The position numbers and the translations under genes are program-made. The notes under the pieces were generated by a model, which ran no database searches, was not told where the DNA came from, and saw only the letters and a list, made by a program, of their open reading frames with translations. DNA of 64,000 nucleotides, taken from the IMG/VR virus record IMGVR_UViG_3300006749_000011, positions 1 through 64,000 of that record. One strand, 5' to 3'. Every line of letters starts with the position of its first letter. The stretch's first letter is position 1. Source of the stretch: a virus. This document shows, one piece after another, positions 19,974 through 30,122 of this stretch.

Positions 19974-22900
19974 ATGACAACTAATAATTACAGAGATTTA
20001 CAAGAAACAGTTTGCGATACAGACAAAGAAAAGTCATTAGAAGAGTATTTGGAAGAAACTCTAGGTGAAGACTTGACCTTGGCTGATCCAGATATCTGCC
20101 CTGATTGTATCCCTAACAATGCTTTTGTTGAACCAGACATTACGGTACACGAAGGTGTGTATTATGATGAAAAAGAGTGTGACTATGTTGTTGTATTTAC
20201 CGCTCCAAATGGAGTCAATGACATATTCAAAGTACTAAACTTTGAATCCATTGATGAATATATAAAAAAACACAAAACAAACAAAATAGACACTGTGTTG
20301 AGATTTGGTCTGAAAAAGATCACACTTGAGTATAGTAAAACACAACAGAACGAATTTTATAATATTAAATCCAAGTCTGTTGACGAACCATTAGAGGCTG
20401 TTGCTAGGTTTGATTATTTATCAGACCCTACTGTCTCCTCAAACAGTCCGGTAAAAATAAGAATTAAGGTGTCAAAAAGAGTGATTGATGCCCTGCCAAT
20501 GGAAGAATCAGGTGAAGAAGATGAGACTATTCAAGCCGGTATAGACAAAGTAGAGATTGATGCTATTAAATTTTATGGTATGATGCTTAGAATGAGTTTT
20601 GGTTTAAGAGTGTATTCAAGTTATTGGAATCTACACCATACAAAAAGCAATGGGTTTCTTTATAAGAAAAAAGATGAGACAAAAAGTCCTATATTGCCAA
20701 ATAAAATCTATAGTTCTGATAACAACAAAGTCACACTAGAATCTGTAATTATGGATTTTAGAGCAGAGCTAACTGAGCTAATAAGAGACAAAGGATATAG
20801 AATCAATATTTATGCTTCTTCGCTTCCTTGGGATAATAAAAAAATAGAGAAAATAAGAATATTGTTTGACAACAGTGATCCTGAGAACTTATATAAAATA
20901 AAAAGAATATCCGTAAAACCATACGGGTGTAGATTTAGACCAATACACAGAGCAAACAAAAACCCAGATCGTTTTAAATCAGGATTCAAAGTTTTTAATG
21001 CCATGGCCTTGATTGCCAATATAAATGATATAGACGATGATTTAAGAGCTCCTGAACCTCCTACATGGCACGAGTTTTTACAGAAATATCTAGTACCAGC
21101 TGTAGCTTTAGAGTATGGAAACGAAACAGGAATAGTATCAGACCAAACATCTGCTTTGGCTTGTGCACTAGACTATTTTGACACAACTGCTTTTATACAA
21201 GGTGCTCTTGGTACTTTGGAGGCTGTATTTGGACTTTTAGCTTTCGAGAGCAACAAAGCTGCTTGTGAAGCCACACAAGGAAAATTAGACTCAAAAAATG
21301 ACCCACCAGAAGAGTTTGACTTTGATAGGGCTTGGACCAAGTATTACAACTCAGGTGATTCTTTTATATTAGAAATATACAAAAGACTTAGTAACATTGG
21401 TGACGGTAACAGTAACTATGGTGGAGGACAAGGGTTATACAGAGTTATAAATGCTTTAACTTTTTGTGAACTAACAAATTTAATTAAAAAATTAATTGAA
21501 TGTTTGCTTAGAGGAAAACCTTTTGAAGAAGTAGTCCCTTTAATCGTTAATCGTTTGATGAAAGATTTAAGCATGCGGCACTTAGGAAAATTATTAACAT
21601 CTCTTCCACCAGACCAAAGAGCAGAGGTTACTAGAGAAGTGTCCGCTATATTAGGACAACCCGCACCAGAGCCATGGTCTGATTCATGGGCTGAAGGCGG
21701 CTCAGCAGATGTCGAAGCAGCAAGCAATTTAGAATTCGGCACAGATAAAAGTGGACAAATTAAACAAACTTCAACAAAAGAAAGAGACGAGCTAACAAAA
21801 AAGAAAGATGAGTATGACCCAGACGAAGCTCAAAATATGATAGACGAAAAACAACAAGAAGTTGATAACTATACAGAAGAACTAAGACAAGAAGAAGAAA
21901 AGCGTGATGCCCTAGGCCCCGATCCGGTTCTTGTAAATACACAATCAGAAGACCCAATGCAGACTTCTTATGGAGGAAGTACGTCTATATACAAATCAGG
22001 CACTGATGATAAATTAAGACAAGCCCAGGATGACTTGGCAACCTTGGAACAAGAAAAAACGCATACTGAACGGAATATCAAAGCAAAAGAACAAACAATA
22101 GCAGACAACGAAGATGTCGAAGGTTATACTTTTGGATTTGTTTCAGGCCAAGCCGGTACATCAACACAACAGCAACTAAAACAAATGAACTTTGATGGAA
22201 AAATGAGCCAAGTTGTACAAAAAATAGCAGGAGCTTATATTGAAGCTTTCATGAAAGTTGTAGATCCTAGTGATCTTTTAGGATACTTAGACAAGCTACC
22301 AGTATCTACAGTTGTAAGAAATCTTTTAGCCATAATATTTCAAAGAGCGTATTGCCCAACACCTACTCTCAAAGCCTTTAGTGATATTGGTCAACTAATA
22401 CCAAAGTTTAAAATTGACATATGTGATCCAACATTTGCAATAAAAATACCAAAGCTTCCAAGATTACCAAGACTTATACCAAACTTTAGAGAAGAACTGT
22501 TTAAGAGAGTAAAACAAAAAATAATGGAATTAATAATGAAGCTCTTACTTAGCATAGTTATTAAAATTATTAAACTAATTGATGATGCTATTTGTAAAGG
22601 TTTGAATGCTTTGCTAGAAGGTCAAAATGATTTCCTAAATTTTCTAGGAAACTCTCTATGTGATGATGATGATCCTTCAAAAAACAATAGAAACCCCCAA
22701 CGCGCATTGGACGATGCTCTAAGAAAAGCTGGCTTAGATCCAAATGATAGAACTGTTAATTGCTTATCAAATTCAGTTGCTTCAGTAATGACAAAAAGAG
22801 AAATGATGTCTGCGTGTATAGGCACTTTGAATACACCTGGAGCTTATGATAGAGTTGCTAGATCAATACAAGTGAGCTGTCCGGACTTAGGAGATATGTT

Positions 22901-25900
22901 TCCAAATGGCGTGGCTGTAAAGTCTATATTCGATATATGTTCTGATTATATACCTTTAGACATAAAGTCAGCCATCGCAGATCAGTTATTTGATGAATCC
23001 TTGCAAGACACATTGGAAAGTCCAACTTGTGACTTGTTATGTTTATCTAATCAAGACTATAACAATTGGAATAAATATAGAGAGGGGCTATTAACTGGAC
23101 AGGGCATGCCGTCTGATCAAGCTCAAGAAGAAGTAGATAAAATGAATCAAAACACATCTGATGCTTTAAGAGATGCTTTAGATGATATAGAAAATGTTCA
23201 AGATAAAATAAGAGACGCTATAGCTGATCTTTACGGAGCAGGATCTGGTGGTCCAAAGCCGCCGGGTTGTGATCAAAATGGCCTAGCAGGTGGTGATGGT
23301 GATGATTCTAACTTGCCGGCTACTGCTTTTAATTCTAATAAATTGTCTGAGGATAAAAGTGATGATGAGATGTTTGTGCAAACAATCGAATCTTCATTTT
23401 ATAGACAACTAACAGGTAAAAGAAAATCAATTTTAGGCTTTATATTATCTGATACAAATGGAAATGTATACAGGTATCACCAATTCATGTCAAATGCTTT
23501 TATATTCAAAGATATAGTGTACGACACACAAGAAGATGCTGATGCTGATGAATTTAGATTAGCTTTTGGCGTTGATCCGCAAGCGTTTTTTCCTAAAACT
23601 ATAGGAGCTCATTGCAGAAACAGTCTGCTAGAGACCTTTGAGGGTGAAGATTTAGCTTATAAAAATGAAAATAATATAAATATTTTTACACCTGTTGAGT
23701 CAACTAAAAAAAGTGTTGACATATTTTCACAAAAAGACGCTAGTAAAAAAGCAGATTTGAAATTTGCTTACACAGAGGATGAAGAATACTATATTGAAAC
23801 TGCTTTTATTAATTCTTATAACAACGCTGATGGTGCTTCATACAAAGAAGAAGAAGACTTCGGCTTCACAGTTAGGTCAAGAAATACAGATGGTAACGAT
23901 ATAATGATTAATGAAAAATTTAGAAATAGCTATTCGGGGAGCTATTTTCTTAACCTAGAGTCTGTAAACGAACCATTTAACAGAGCTGCTTTTAAACATC
24001 TATTTAGAACAAAGATGCCATTTCCTAAGGGATATGATTTAATTTATAATGAACTTCAAACAATGTTCTTTAAATATGCAACAACTGCAATATTAAGTAG
24101 AGACATAGATTTATCAACAAATGAATTGCTACCAGATATTGATAGAGAAAAAGTTAAAAAGAAAAATGTTAGCGAGACATTAGAAGAGTTTGACACATTT
24201 TCGGAGCAAAGCTCAGCTGGGTTTGTATTTGGCCATAAGAGAAATAATATAACTGACGAAGATCTGATTTATTATAACCCAGATGGCAAAACTGAATATG
24301 ACCACGAAGAAGATGAAGAAATTTTAGGTATTAGTGCAAATCCTGATAAGGTGATATTTTTAGATCCTGAAATATATGGTGGAAAATACACTAAACCAAA
24401 AATATACATAAGTCCCGAGCCTCAATCTGGTTGGAAAAAAGTTTTTGATGCCATGTCAAAGAGCAACAGAGTTTGTGATGAATATGTAGATATTGTATTT
24501 CCATTTAAAAAATATAGAGAGAGGTTGGACAAATTAAAAAATGTAATACCTTTTGATAAAAGACTATATGAAGATAGAAGTTGTTTTCCTGATGTACCTT
24601 TTGACACTATATTACCACCTGAAACACACGCTCAAATAGATTTTATATGCAGGTCCTCTCTGTTAACCTACTCAATGTCAGAAATAGTAAAAACTTTACC
24701 TATTTTAACAAACTTGCACTACAATAAAGTAAACTATACAAATGTTTTAGAAAGTATAATTTTTAAAAACATGAAAAGAGAGATGTTCAAAGTAATCGGC
24801 GCAGCTGCAACAAGAGACAACAAGTATATCAGAAGACATAGGCATTGGCTAATCTTCTTAGAACAATGTGCGCAAATTTTTGAAAGAGAAGTGCAAATGA
24901 AAACAATAGAACCTACTGAAGAAGAAAAGAAAGTATTGGAAAAAATATTAATGATTAAAAAATATTATCATGATCCAACATTCGATGACATCTCAAAACT
25001 AAGAAAACCTGAAAACTTACAAGTTTCTTTAGGAGAAGAATACAGAAATTTTACCCTAGATGAGGAAACTATCAAAGATGAATTTTTTAGATTGGCTATT
25101 GGGTATGATGAAAATCAAGAACTATGTTACAAAGCATCAGGTTCTCAAACTAAAGACATTCAAAAGCCAAAAAGAATTAGAATAAATAAATTCAAGTTAC
25201 AAACTAGACTTTTTGCTATTAGAACAATTGAAAACGACATTTCAATTCTGGTTAAATCTTTACTAAATCAAGAAATAAAAAGATTTTTTGATGTTTTTAA
25301 CAAACAACTAGAGCCTTCAATCTTTGATTTGTCTAAGTATATGTTATCAGAGAACAAGATGTTTGTTGGTTCTCAACTTAATATTGGAAAATATCAAGAG
25401 ATAAAAAACCTTTCTAATAATTTTTCTCATAACTATGGTGACATATCAGAAGTTGAGCCAAACTTAGAAGGTAACTTTATAGATAACCTAGAGCTAAATG
25501 ATTCTCGGCTTGATGATATTAGAAAGCACGGTGGCTTTGCTTTGCAAAAATACATAAGAATAAATGAAAAAGAAATACCAATTGAACAAAAACCAGTGTC
25601 ATTTACCGAGAGAACTGTTGTGGATAAAAATGTTACCACCTTGCAAAATGTAAAGAATATATTATCCAAAGAAGATATAGATAAAGAAAAAAACTTATCT
25701 GATTATTTTGGTAATCTTAGAGTAGAAAATGACGAATTAACAGGCGAATCACCATTACACATGGGAGTTCGAATTTTATATATATGTTCCGAAGGTTTGT
25801 TGAAAAAATTTCAAAATATAGAAGAGTTTGATAACTTTTTAGAATTACAGCCAACAATTAACAGAGAAAAAGCAATATATATGGGAAAAAGCGATCATGG

Positions 25901-26450
25901 TGATAATTTTTCTTTTCAATTCCCAGTAATAAGTTATGAAATACCGTTAAAAGACCAAAAAATTTCTGAATTTTTAGAAAAGTCAAGTCACTACGACATT
26001 GAGTGTTTAATTAAAAATTTAACAAAACAAGAAGAATATAAAATCTTGTTTCACCATATATTCTCAGTTAAAGGTGTTTCCTCAGCCGTATTGGCTCAAA
26101 CCCACTCAACGTTTATAAATTCAATTGGATACAACGATGGTTGGGCTTTGGACGGAATAGGTATAGGAAGAGATCCTGAAAATAGAATTTCAGACTATGA
26201 AACTATACTGAAGGGTACAAAAAAACTTTTAAGAAGCAATTTGTCAACACTTGTTAAACTGAGAGATGAAGACTTAGAAAAAGATAGTAGAAAAGATGCT
26301 TCTATGAGTCTGTTAGGTTTTTTAAAAGACCTGGTTCCAAAATACGATTTCAAAGCAGAACTAAAGTGGCCATATTTTAGAAGAATAGTAACTGAACTTG
26401 ATGATTGCGACGAAAGACTACTAGATCAGTTTTTTCCTGATGAAGAATAA
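19974..26450 (+). CDS. Very large (2158 aa) putative virion structural protein
   Basis: Uninterrupted ORF within the baseplate module; no motif recognised. Confidence 0.5.
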   Translation: MTTNNYRDLQETVCDTDKEKSLEEYLEETLGEDLTLADPDICPDCIPNNAFVEPDITVHEGVYYDEKECDYVVVFTAPNGVNDIFKVLNFESIDEYIKKHKTNKIDTVLRFGLKKITLEYSKTQQNEFYNIKSKSVDEPLEAVARFDYLSDPTVSSNSPVKIRIKVSKRVIDALPMEESGEEDETIQAGIDKVEIDAIKFYGMMLRMSFGLRVYSSYWNLHHTKSNGFLYKKKDETKSPILPNKIYSSDNNKVTLESVIMDFRAELTELIRDKGYRINIYASSLPWDNKKIEKIRILFDNSDPENLYKIKRISVKPYGCRFRPIHRANKNPDRFKSGFKVFNAMALIANINDIDDDLRAPEPPTWHEFLQKYLVPAVALEYGNETGIVSDQTSALACALDYFDTTAFIQGALGTLEAVFGLLAFESNKAACEATQGKLDSKNDPPEEFDFDRAWTKYYNSGDSFILEIYKRLSNIGDGNSNYGGGQGLYRVINALTFCELTNLIKKLIECLLRGKPFEEVVPLIVNRLMKDLSMRHLGKLLTSLPPDQRAEVTREVSAILGQPAPEPWSDSWAEGGSADVEAASNLEFGTDKSGQIKQTSTKERDELTKKKDEYDPDEAQNMIDEKQQEVDNYTEELRQEEEKRDALGPDPVLVNTQSEDPMQTSYGGSTSIYKSGTDDKLRQAQDDLATLEQEKTHTERNIKAKEQTIADNEDVEGYTFGFVSGQAGTSTQQQLKQMNFDGKMSQVVQKIAGAYIEAFMKVVDPSDLLGYLDKLPVSTVVRNLLAIIFQRAYCPTPTLKAFSDIGQLIPKFKIDICDPTFAIKIPKLPRLPRLIPNFREELFKRVKQKIMELIMKLLLSIVIKIIKLIDDAICKGLNALLEGQNDFLNFLGNSLCDDDDPSKNNRNPQRALDDALRKAGLDPNDRTVNCLSNSVASVMTKREMMSACIGTLNTPGAYDRVARSIQVSCPDLGDMFPNGVAVKSIFDICSDYIPLDIKSAIADQLFDESLQDTLESPTCDLLCLSNQDYNNWNKYREGLLTGQGMPSDQAQEEVDKMNQNTSDALRDALDDIENVQDKIRDAIADLYGAGSGGPKPPGCDQNGLAGGDGDDSNLPATAFNSNKLSEDKSDDEMFVQTIESSFYRQLTGKRKSILGFILSDTNGNVYRYHQFMSNAFIFKDIVYDTQEDADADEFRLAFGVDPQAFFPKTIGAHCRNSLLETFEGEDLAYKNENNINIFTPVESTKKSVDIFSQKDASKKADLKFAYTEDEEYYIETAFINSYNNADGASYKEEEDFGFTVRSRNTDGNDIMINEKFRNSYSGSYFLNLESVNEPFNRAAFKHLFRTKMPFPKGYDLIYNELQTMFFKYATTAILSRDIDLSTNELLPDIDREKVKKKNVSETLEEFDTFSEQSSAGFVFGHKRNNITDEDLIYYNPDGKTEYDHEEDEEILGISANPDKVIFLDPEIYGGKYTKPKIYISPEPQSGWKKVFDAMSKSNRVCDEYVDIVFPFKKYRERLDKLKNVIPFDKRLYEDRSCFPDVPFDTILPPETHAQIDFICRSSLLTYSMSEIVKTLPILTNLHYNKVNYTNVLESIIFKNMKREMFKVIGAAATRDNKYIRRHRHWLIFLEQCAQIFEREVQMKTIEPTEEEKKVLEKILMIKKYYHDPTFDDISKLRKPENLQVSLGEEYRNFTLDEETIKDEFFRLAIGYDENQELCYKASGSQTKDIQKPKRIRINKFKLQTRLFAIRTIENDISILVKSLLNQEIKRFFDVFNKQLEPSIFDLSKYMLSENKMFVGSQLNIGKYQEIKNLSNNFSHNYGDISEVEPNLEGNFIDNLELNDSRLDDIRKHGGFALQKYIRINEKEIPIEQKPVSFTERTVVDKNVTTLQNVKNILSKEDIDKEKNLSDYFGNLRVENDELTGESPLHMGVRILYICSEGLLKKFQNIEEFDNFLELQPTINREKAIYMGKSDHGDNFSFQFPVISYEIPLKDQKISEFLEKSSHYDIECLIKNLTKQEEYKILFHHIFSVKGVSSAVLAQTHSTFINSIGYNDGWALDGIGIGRDPENRISDYETILKGTKKLLRSNLSTLVKLRDEDLEKDSRKDASMSLLGFLKDLVPKYDFKAELKWPYFRRIVTELDDCDERLLDQFFPDEE

Positions 26451-26481
26451 TATTTCGTAATATTTATATTGAGGTACAGAT

Positions 26482-26880
26482 ATGATTTTAACACCAGACT
26501 TTCCACTTTCTTTTTCAAATAAAGGTGGATATGAAAAAATTAGAACTAGAAAAAAATTAGCAAAATTTCATTTAACCAATTTACTTTTAACAAATCCGGG
26601 TGAAAAAATAAGCATACCAGAATATGGTGTTGGTTTGAGAAAGTATTTATTCGAAAATATGTCTGATCAAGTTTTTCAAGAAATTTCTTCTAATATAAGA
26701 AGACAAGTCCAAAACTATTTATCTTATATAAATTTGCAAAACGTATCTGTAGTACCAAACGAAGAGAACTCCATAAAGATTTCACTATCATACAATTTAG
26801 CTGGTACAAATTTAACAGACCAACTAAACATAGAAATTAACAATTCTTCCAGTTCTTTGGGACTTGGTTCTAGCTATTGA
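26482..26880 (+). CDS. Baseplate wedge protein, gp25/GPW-like
   Basis: NLLLTNPGEK...PEYGVGLRKYLFE signature. Confidence 0.9.
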   Translation: MILTPDFPLSFSNKGGYEKIRTRKKLAKFHLTNLLLTNPGEKISIPEYGVGLRKYLFENMSDQVFQEISSNIRRQVQNYLSYINLQNVSVVPNEENSIKISLSYNLAGTNLTDQLNIEINNSSSSLGLGSSY

Positions 26881-26889
26881 GGATAACAT

Positions 26890-28680
26890 ATGAAAAATAA
26901 AAAACCACTTATAAGATACACAGACAGAGATTTTGATTCAATCAAGAAGTCTCTAATAGAGCATGCAAAAAGGTTTTACCCTGATCAATATAATGATTTC
27001 AACGATTCTTCTTTTGGTTCAATGGTTTTTGATGCTGTGGCCTATGTTGGAGACATTATGTCTTTCTATTTAGATTTTCAAGTTAATGAAAGCTTTTTAG
27101 AAACAGCATTACAATACAATAACGTTAGAAAAATAGCAGAACAAATGGGCTATAAATACTATGGTCGACCATCCTCTTACGGTACTGCAACATTTTATAT
27201 ATCTGTTCCATCTAATATACTTGGTTCGGGCCCTAATACGGAATACATACCTGTTCTTAAAAAGGGTAGTCAATTTTCTGCTGGTAGTGCAAATTTCATA
27301 TTACTAGAAGATGTTGATTTTAATAAAAATAACATAGAACAAGTAGCTTCTAAGTTTGATGACACAACAGGAAAACCATCCGAATATGCATTTAGATCTT
27401 ATGGCAGAGTTAAATCAGGAGCTAGATTTACTAAACAAATTCCAATCGGTGAGCCTAGAAAGTTTTTAAAAGTTAGGGTTGGCCCATCTATAATTAACGA
27501 AATAGAAACAGTTTATGATACAAATGGAAATAGATTTTATGAAGTCAACTACCTAACAGAAGATACAGTTTATTTAGAAACCACCAACCCTAGAGCTCAA
27601 CAAGATGGCGTACCATCAATTATAAAACCAAAAGTTGTTGCTAGAAGGTTTACTATGGAACAAGATAGTTCCGGAACTTATCTTCAATTTGGATATGGGT
27701 CTGATGACGAAACTGTCATAAAAGACGTAACAGATCCGTCCACAGTGGTATTAAAAAAAGCAGGTAAAGGGTACATAACAGATGATGAGTTTGACCCAAA
27801 TGAGCTATTAAATACAGATAAATTTGGCGTTACTCCATCTAATACCACATTAACAATAACATATGGCGCCAACACTCAATTAAATGTAAGTGTTGGTATC
27901 GGTGAAATTAACACAGTTACAGACAATATTATGGAGTTTCCAAACACAAATGACTCTAGTACTGTCTCATTTGGTTTAGTTAAGTCTTCATTAGAAGTCT
28001 CAAATGATGAAATCATAACAGCCAACACAGCTGCGCCAACAACAGAAGAATTAAAATACAGAGCATATGCTTGTAGAGCAGCACAAAACAGAGTTGTTAC
28101 TAGAAATGATTACGAAGCATATTGTTACAAAATGCCTCCAAGTCTAGGTTCCATTAAGAGGGTTTCTATACATAATGACCCATCTGGTACAAATAGAAGA
28201 ATAGCAATGTATGTTATTTCTGAAGATGATAGTGGATTCTTAACAGACACAAATATGAGTATTAAAAGTAATTTAAAAACATGGCTACAGAAAAGCAAAA
28301 TGATTAATGATGGTATTGATATTATTGATGCACATGTTATAAATATTGGTTTTTCGTACGAAGCTGTTGTAGACCCAAATTTAAATTCACTGACTGTCTT
28401 GGCTGATGTTGATGTAAGATTAAGAAACTTGTTTACTGAAAAAATGTATATTGCTGAGCCTCTTTATATAAACCAAATTTACAACACAATTAACAAAACA
28501 AGAGGCGTAGTAGATACTGTTAAGGTGACCTTGGAAGTTAAAAAAGGAGCAGGATATTCTTCTATGCCAATTGATATAAGTGATATAACCTCGCCTGATG
28601 GCTCTTATATTAAAACACCAAAAAACTGTATTTTAGAATTAAAATATTTAGATAGAGACATCAAAGGAGCCTCAGTATAA
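26890..28680 (+). CDS. Baseplate wedge protein, gp6/baseplate-J-like
   Basis: DFDSIK..L, YVGD..SFY.D...NE.FL.TA, QFG.G, QNRVVT..DY. Confidence 0.9.
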   Translation: MKNKKPLIRYTDRDFDSIKKSLIEHAKRFYPDQYNDFNDSSFGSMVFDAVAYVGDIMSFYLDFQVNESFLETALQYNNVRKIAEQMGYKYYGRPSSYGTATFYISVPSNILGSGPNTEYIPVLKKGSQFSAGSANFILLEDVDFNKNNIEQVASKFDDTTGKPSEYAFRSYGRVKSGARFTKQIPIGEPRKFLKVRVGPSIINEIETVYDTNGNRFYEVNYLTEDTVYLETTNPRAQQDGVPSIIKPKVVARRFTMEQDSSGTYLQFGYGSDDETVIKDVTDPSTVVLKKAGKGYITDDEFDPNELLNTDKFGVTPSNTTLTITYGANTQLNVSVGIGEINTVTDNIMEFPNTNDSSTVSFGLVKSSLEVSNDEIITANTAAPTTEELKYRAYACRAAQNRVVTRNDYEAYCYKMPPSLGSIKRVSIHNDPSGTNRRIAMYVISEDDSGFLTDTNMSIKSNLKTWLQKSKMINDGIDIIDAHVINIGFSYEAVVDPNLNSLTVLADVDVRLRNLFTEKMYIAEPLYINQIYNTINKTRGVVDTVKVTLEVKKGAGYSSMPIDISDITSPDGSYIKTPKNCILELKYLDRDIKGASV

Positions 28681-30122
28681 TGGCAATACATAGAATAACA
28701 GCAAGTGCTGACAACACAATCACAAACGCTTTTGGAGCCAACTTGACAACTAGAGGAACGGGCTCTAATATGGGTGCTTCTGATATTTTGGAAGTGTTTA
28801 CCATATATGGACAGAAAACAACCAACTCATCAGAGATTGCAAGAACACTAATACAGTTTCCTTTAGATACTATAACTACGAAAAGAAACAACAATACCTT
28901 ACCAGAAAGTGGTAGTGTTAATTGGATTTTAAAACTATATAACGCTAAGCATGTCGAATCAGTTCCGACAAGTTTTGATTTTTTTGTTTTACCTATATCA
29001 AAGCAATGGGAAGAAGGTGTTGGCTTAGATATGGAAGACTATTCTGATTTAACTTTTGACAGCACAGGTTCTAATTGGCTACAAGCCATACACTCTGCTT
29101 CTCATGATGCTGATGGTAAATGGACAACAGCAGGTGGAGACTATCTATATAATCAAGGGGTAACTGCGTCTTTTAAGTCTGGCTTAGAAGATTTAGAAGT
29201 TGATGTAAGTAATATAGTTGAGGATTGGGTAAAAGGAGCATCTGGTGGCGAATATAACAACTATGGATTTGGAATTTTTCTATCTTCCTCGCAAGAATCA
29301 GCACAAAAATCATATTATACAAAAAAATTCTTTGCAAGAGGTACTGAATTTTATTATAAAAGACCTGTACTAGAAGCAAGATGGAACAGCTCAGATAAAG
29401 ATAATAGAGGCAACTTTTTCTTAAGCTCATCGTTAGCCACAGGTGAACAAAATTTAAACAAACTGTACCTTTATAATAAACCACGAGGGGTGTTAACTAA
29501 CATACCTGGATTGCAAAATTCACAAATAAGCGCCTCTTTGTGTTCAAGTATAGGTGGTTCTTTTCTTGGTACTTTTACTGGTGGACAAGAACTTCCATCA
29601 ATTGGCATTTACACAGCATCTGTTTTTATAGCAGGAACTTATGACACTTTATATGATGTTTGGCATAACGGAGCTGGTGTTCAATATCACACAGGAACTA
29701 TATCTCCTAAATCTTTATCAGCAAACGTTAATAGTGAAGATACAAAATATGTTTTATCATTAACTAATAATAATCATGAGTATCATGTAAACCAAACAGC
29801 AAGGTTTAAATTATACAGTAGGTTAAAAAACTGGTCTCCAAATCTTTTTACAGTTGCGCAATCAAAACCAGAAAATATAATAATTGAAGATGCTTTGTAT
29901 AAGGTGCTCAGAATATCCGATGATTTAACAGTTATTGATTATGGTTCTGGTTCAACAAGTCACACCCAATTGTCATATAATGTATCAGGAAATTATTTTG
30001 ATTTGGACATGTCTTTATTTGAACCAAACTATCAATATGGTATCAAGTTTTCTTTTTACAACACATACTTATCTTCATATGTGGAACAGCCTTATATATT
30101 TAAATTTAGAGTGGTGGATTAA
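28680..30122 (+). CDS. Tail/baseplate structural protein
   Basis: Beta-rich, RTLIQF / WEEG.G / RPVLEARW pattern; coupled (TAATG) to the gp6-like gene. Confidence 0.6.
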   Translation: MAIHRITASADNTITNAFGANLTTRGTGSNMGASDILEVFTIYGQKTTNSSEIARTLIQFPLDTITTKRNNNTLPESGSVNWILKLYNAKHVESVPTSFDFFVLPISKQWEEGVGLDMEDYSDLTFDSTGSNWLQAIHSASHDADGKWTTAGGDYLYNQGVTASFKSGLEDLEVDVSNIVEDWVKGASGGEYNNYGFGIFLSSSQESAQKSYYTKKFFARGTEFYYKRPVLEARWNSSDKDNRGNFFLSSSLATGEQNLNKLYLYNKPRGVLTNIPGLQNSQISASLCSSIGGSFLGTFTGGQELPSIGIYTASVFIAGTYDTLYDVWHNGAGVQYHTGTISPKSLSANVNSEDTKYVLSLTNNNHEYHVNQTARFKLYSRLKNWSPNLFTVAQSKPENIIIEDALYKVLRISDDLTVIDYGSGSTSHTQLSYNVSGNYFDLDMSLFEPNYQYGIKFSFYNTYLSSYVEQPYIFKFRVVD

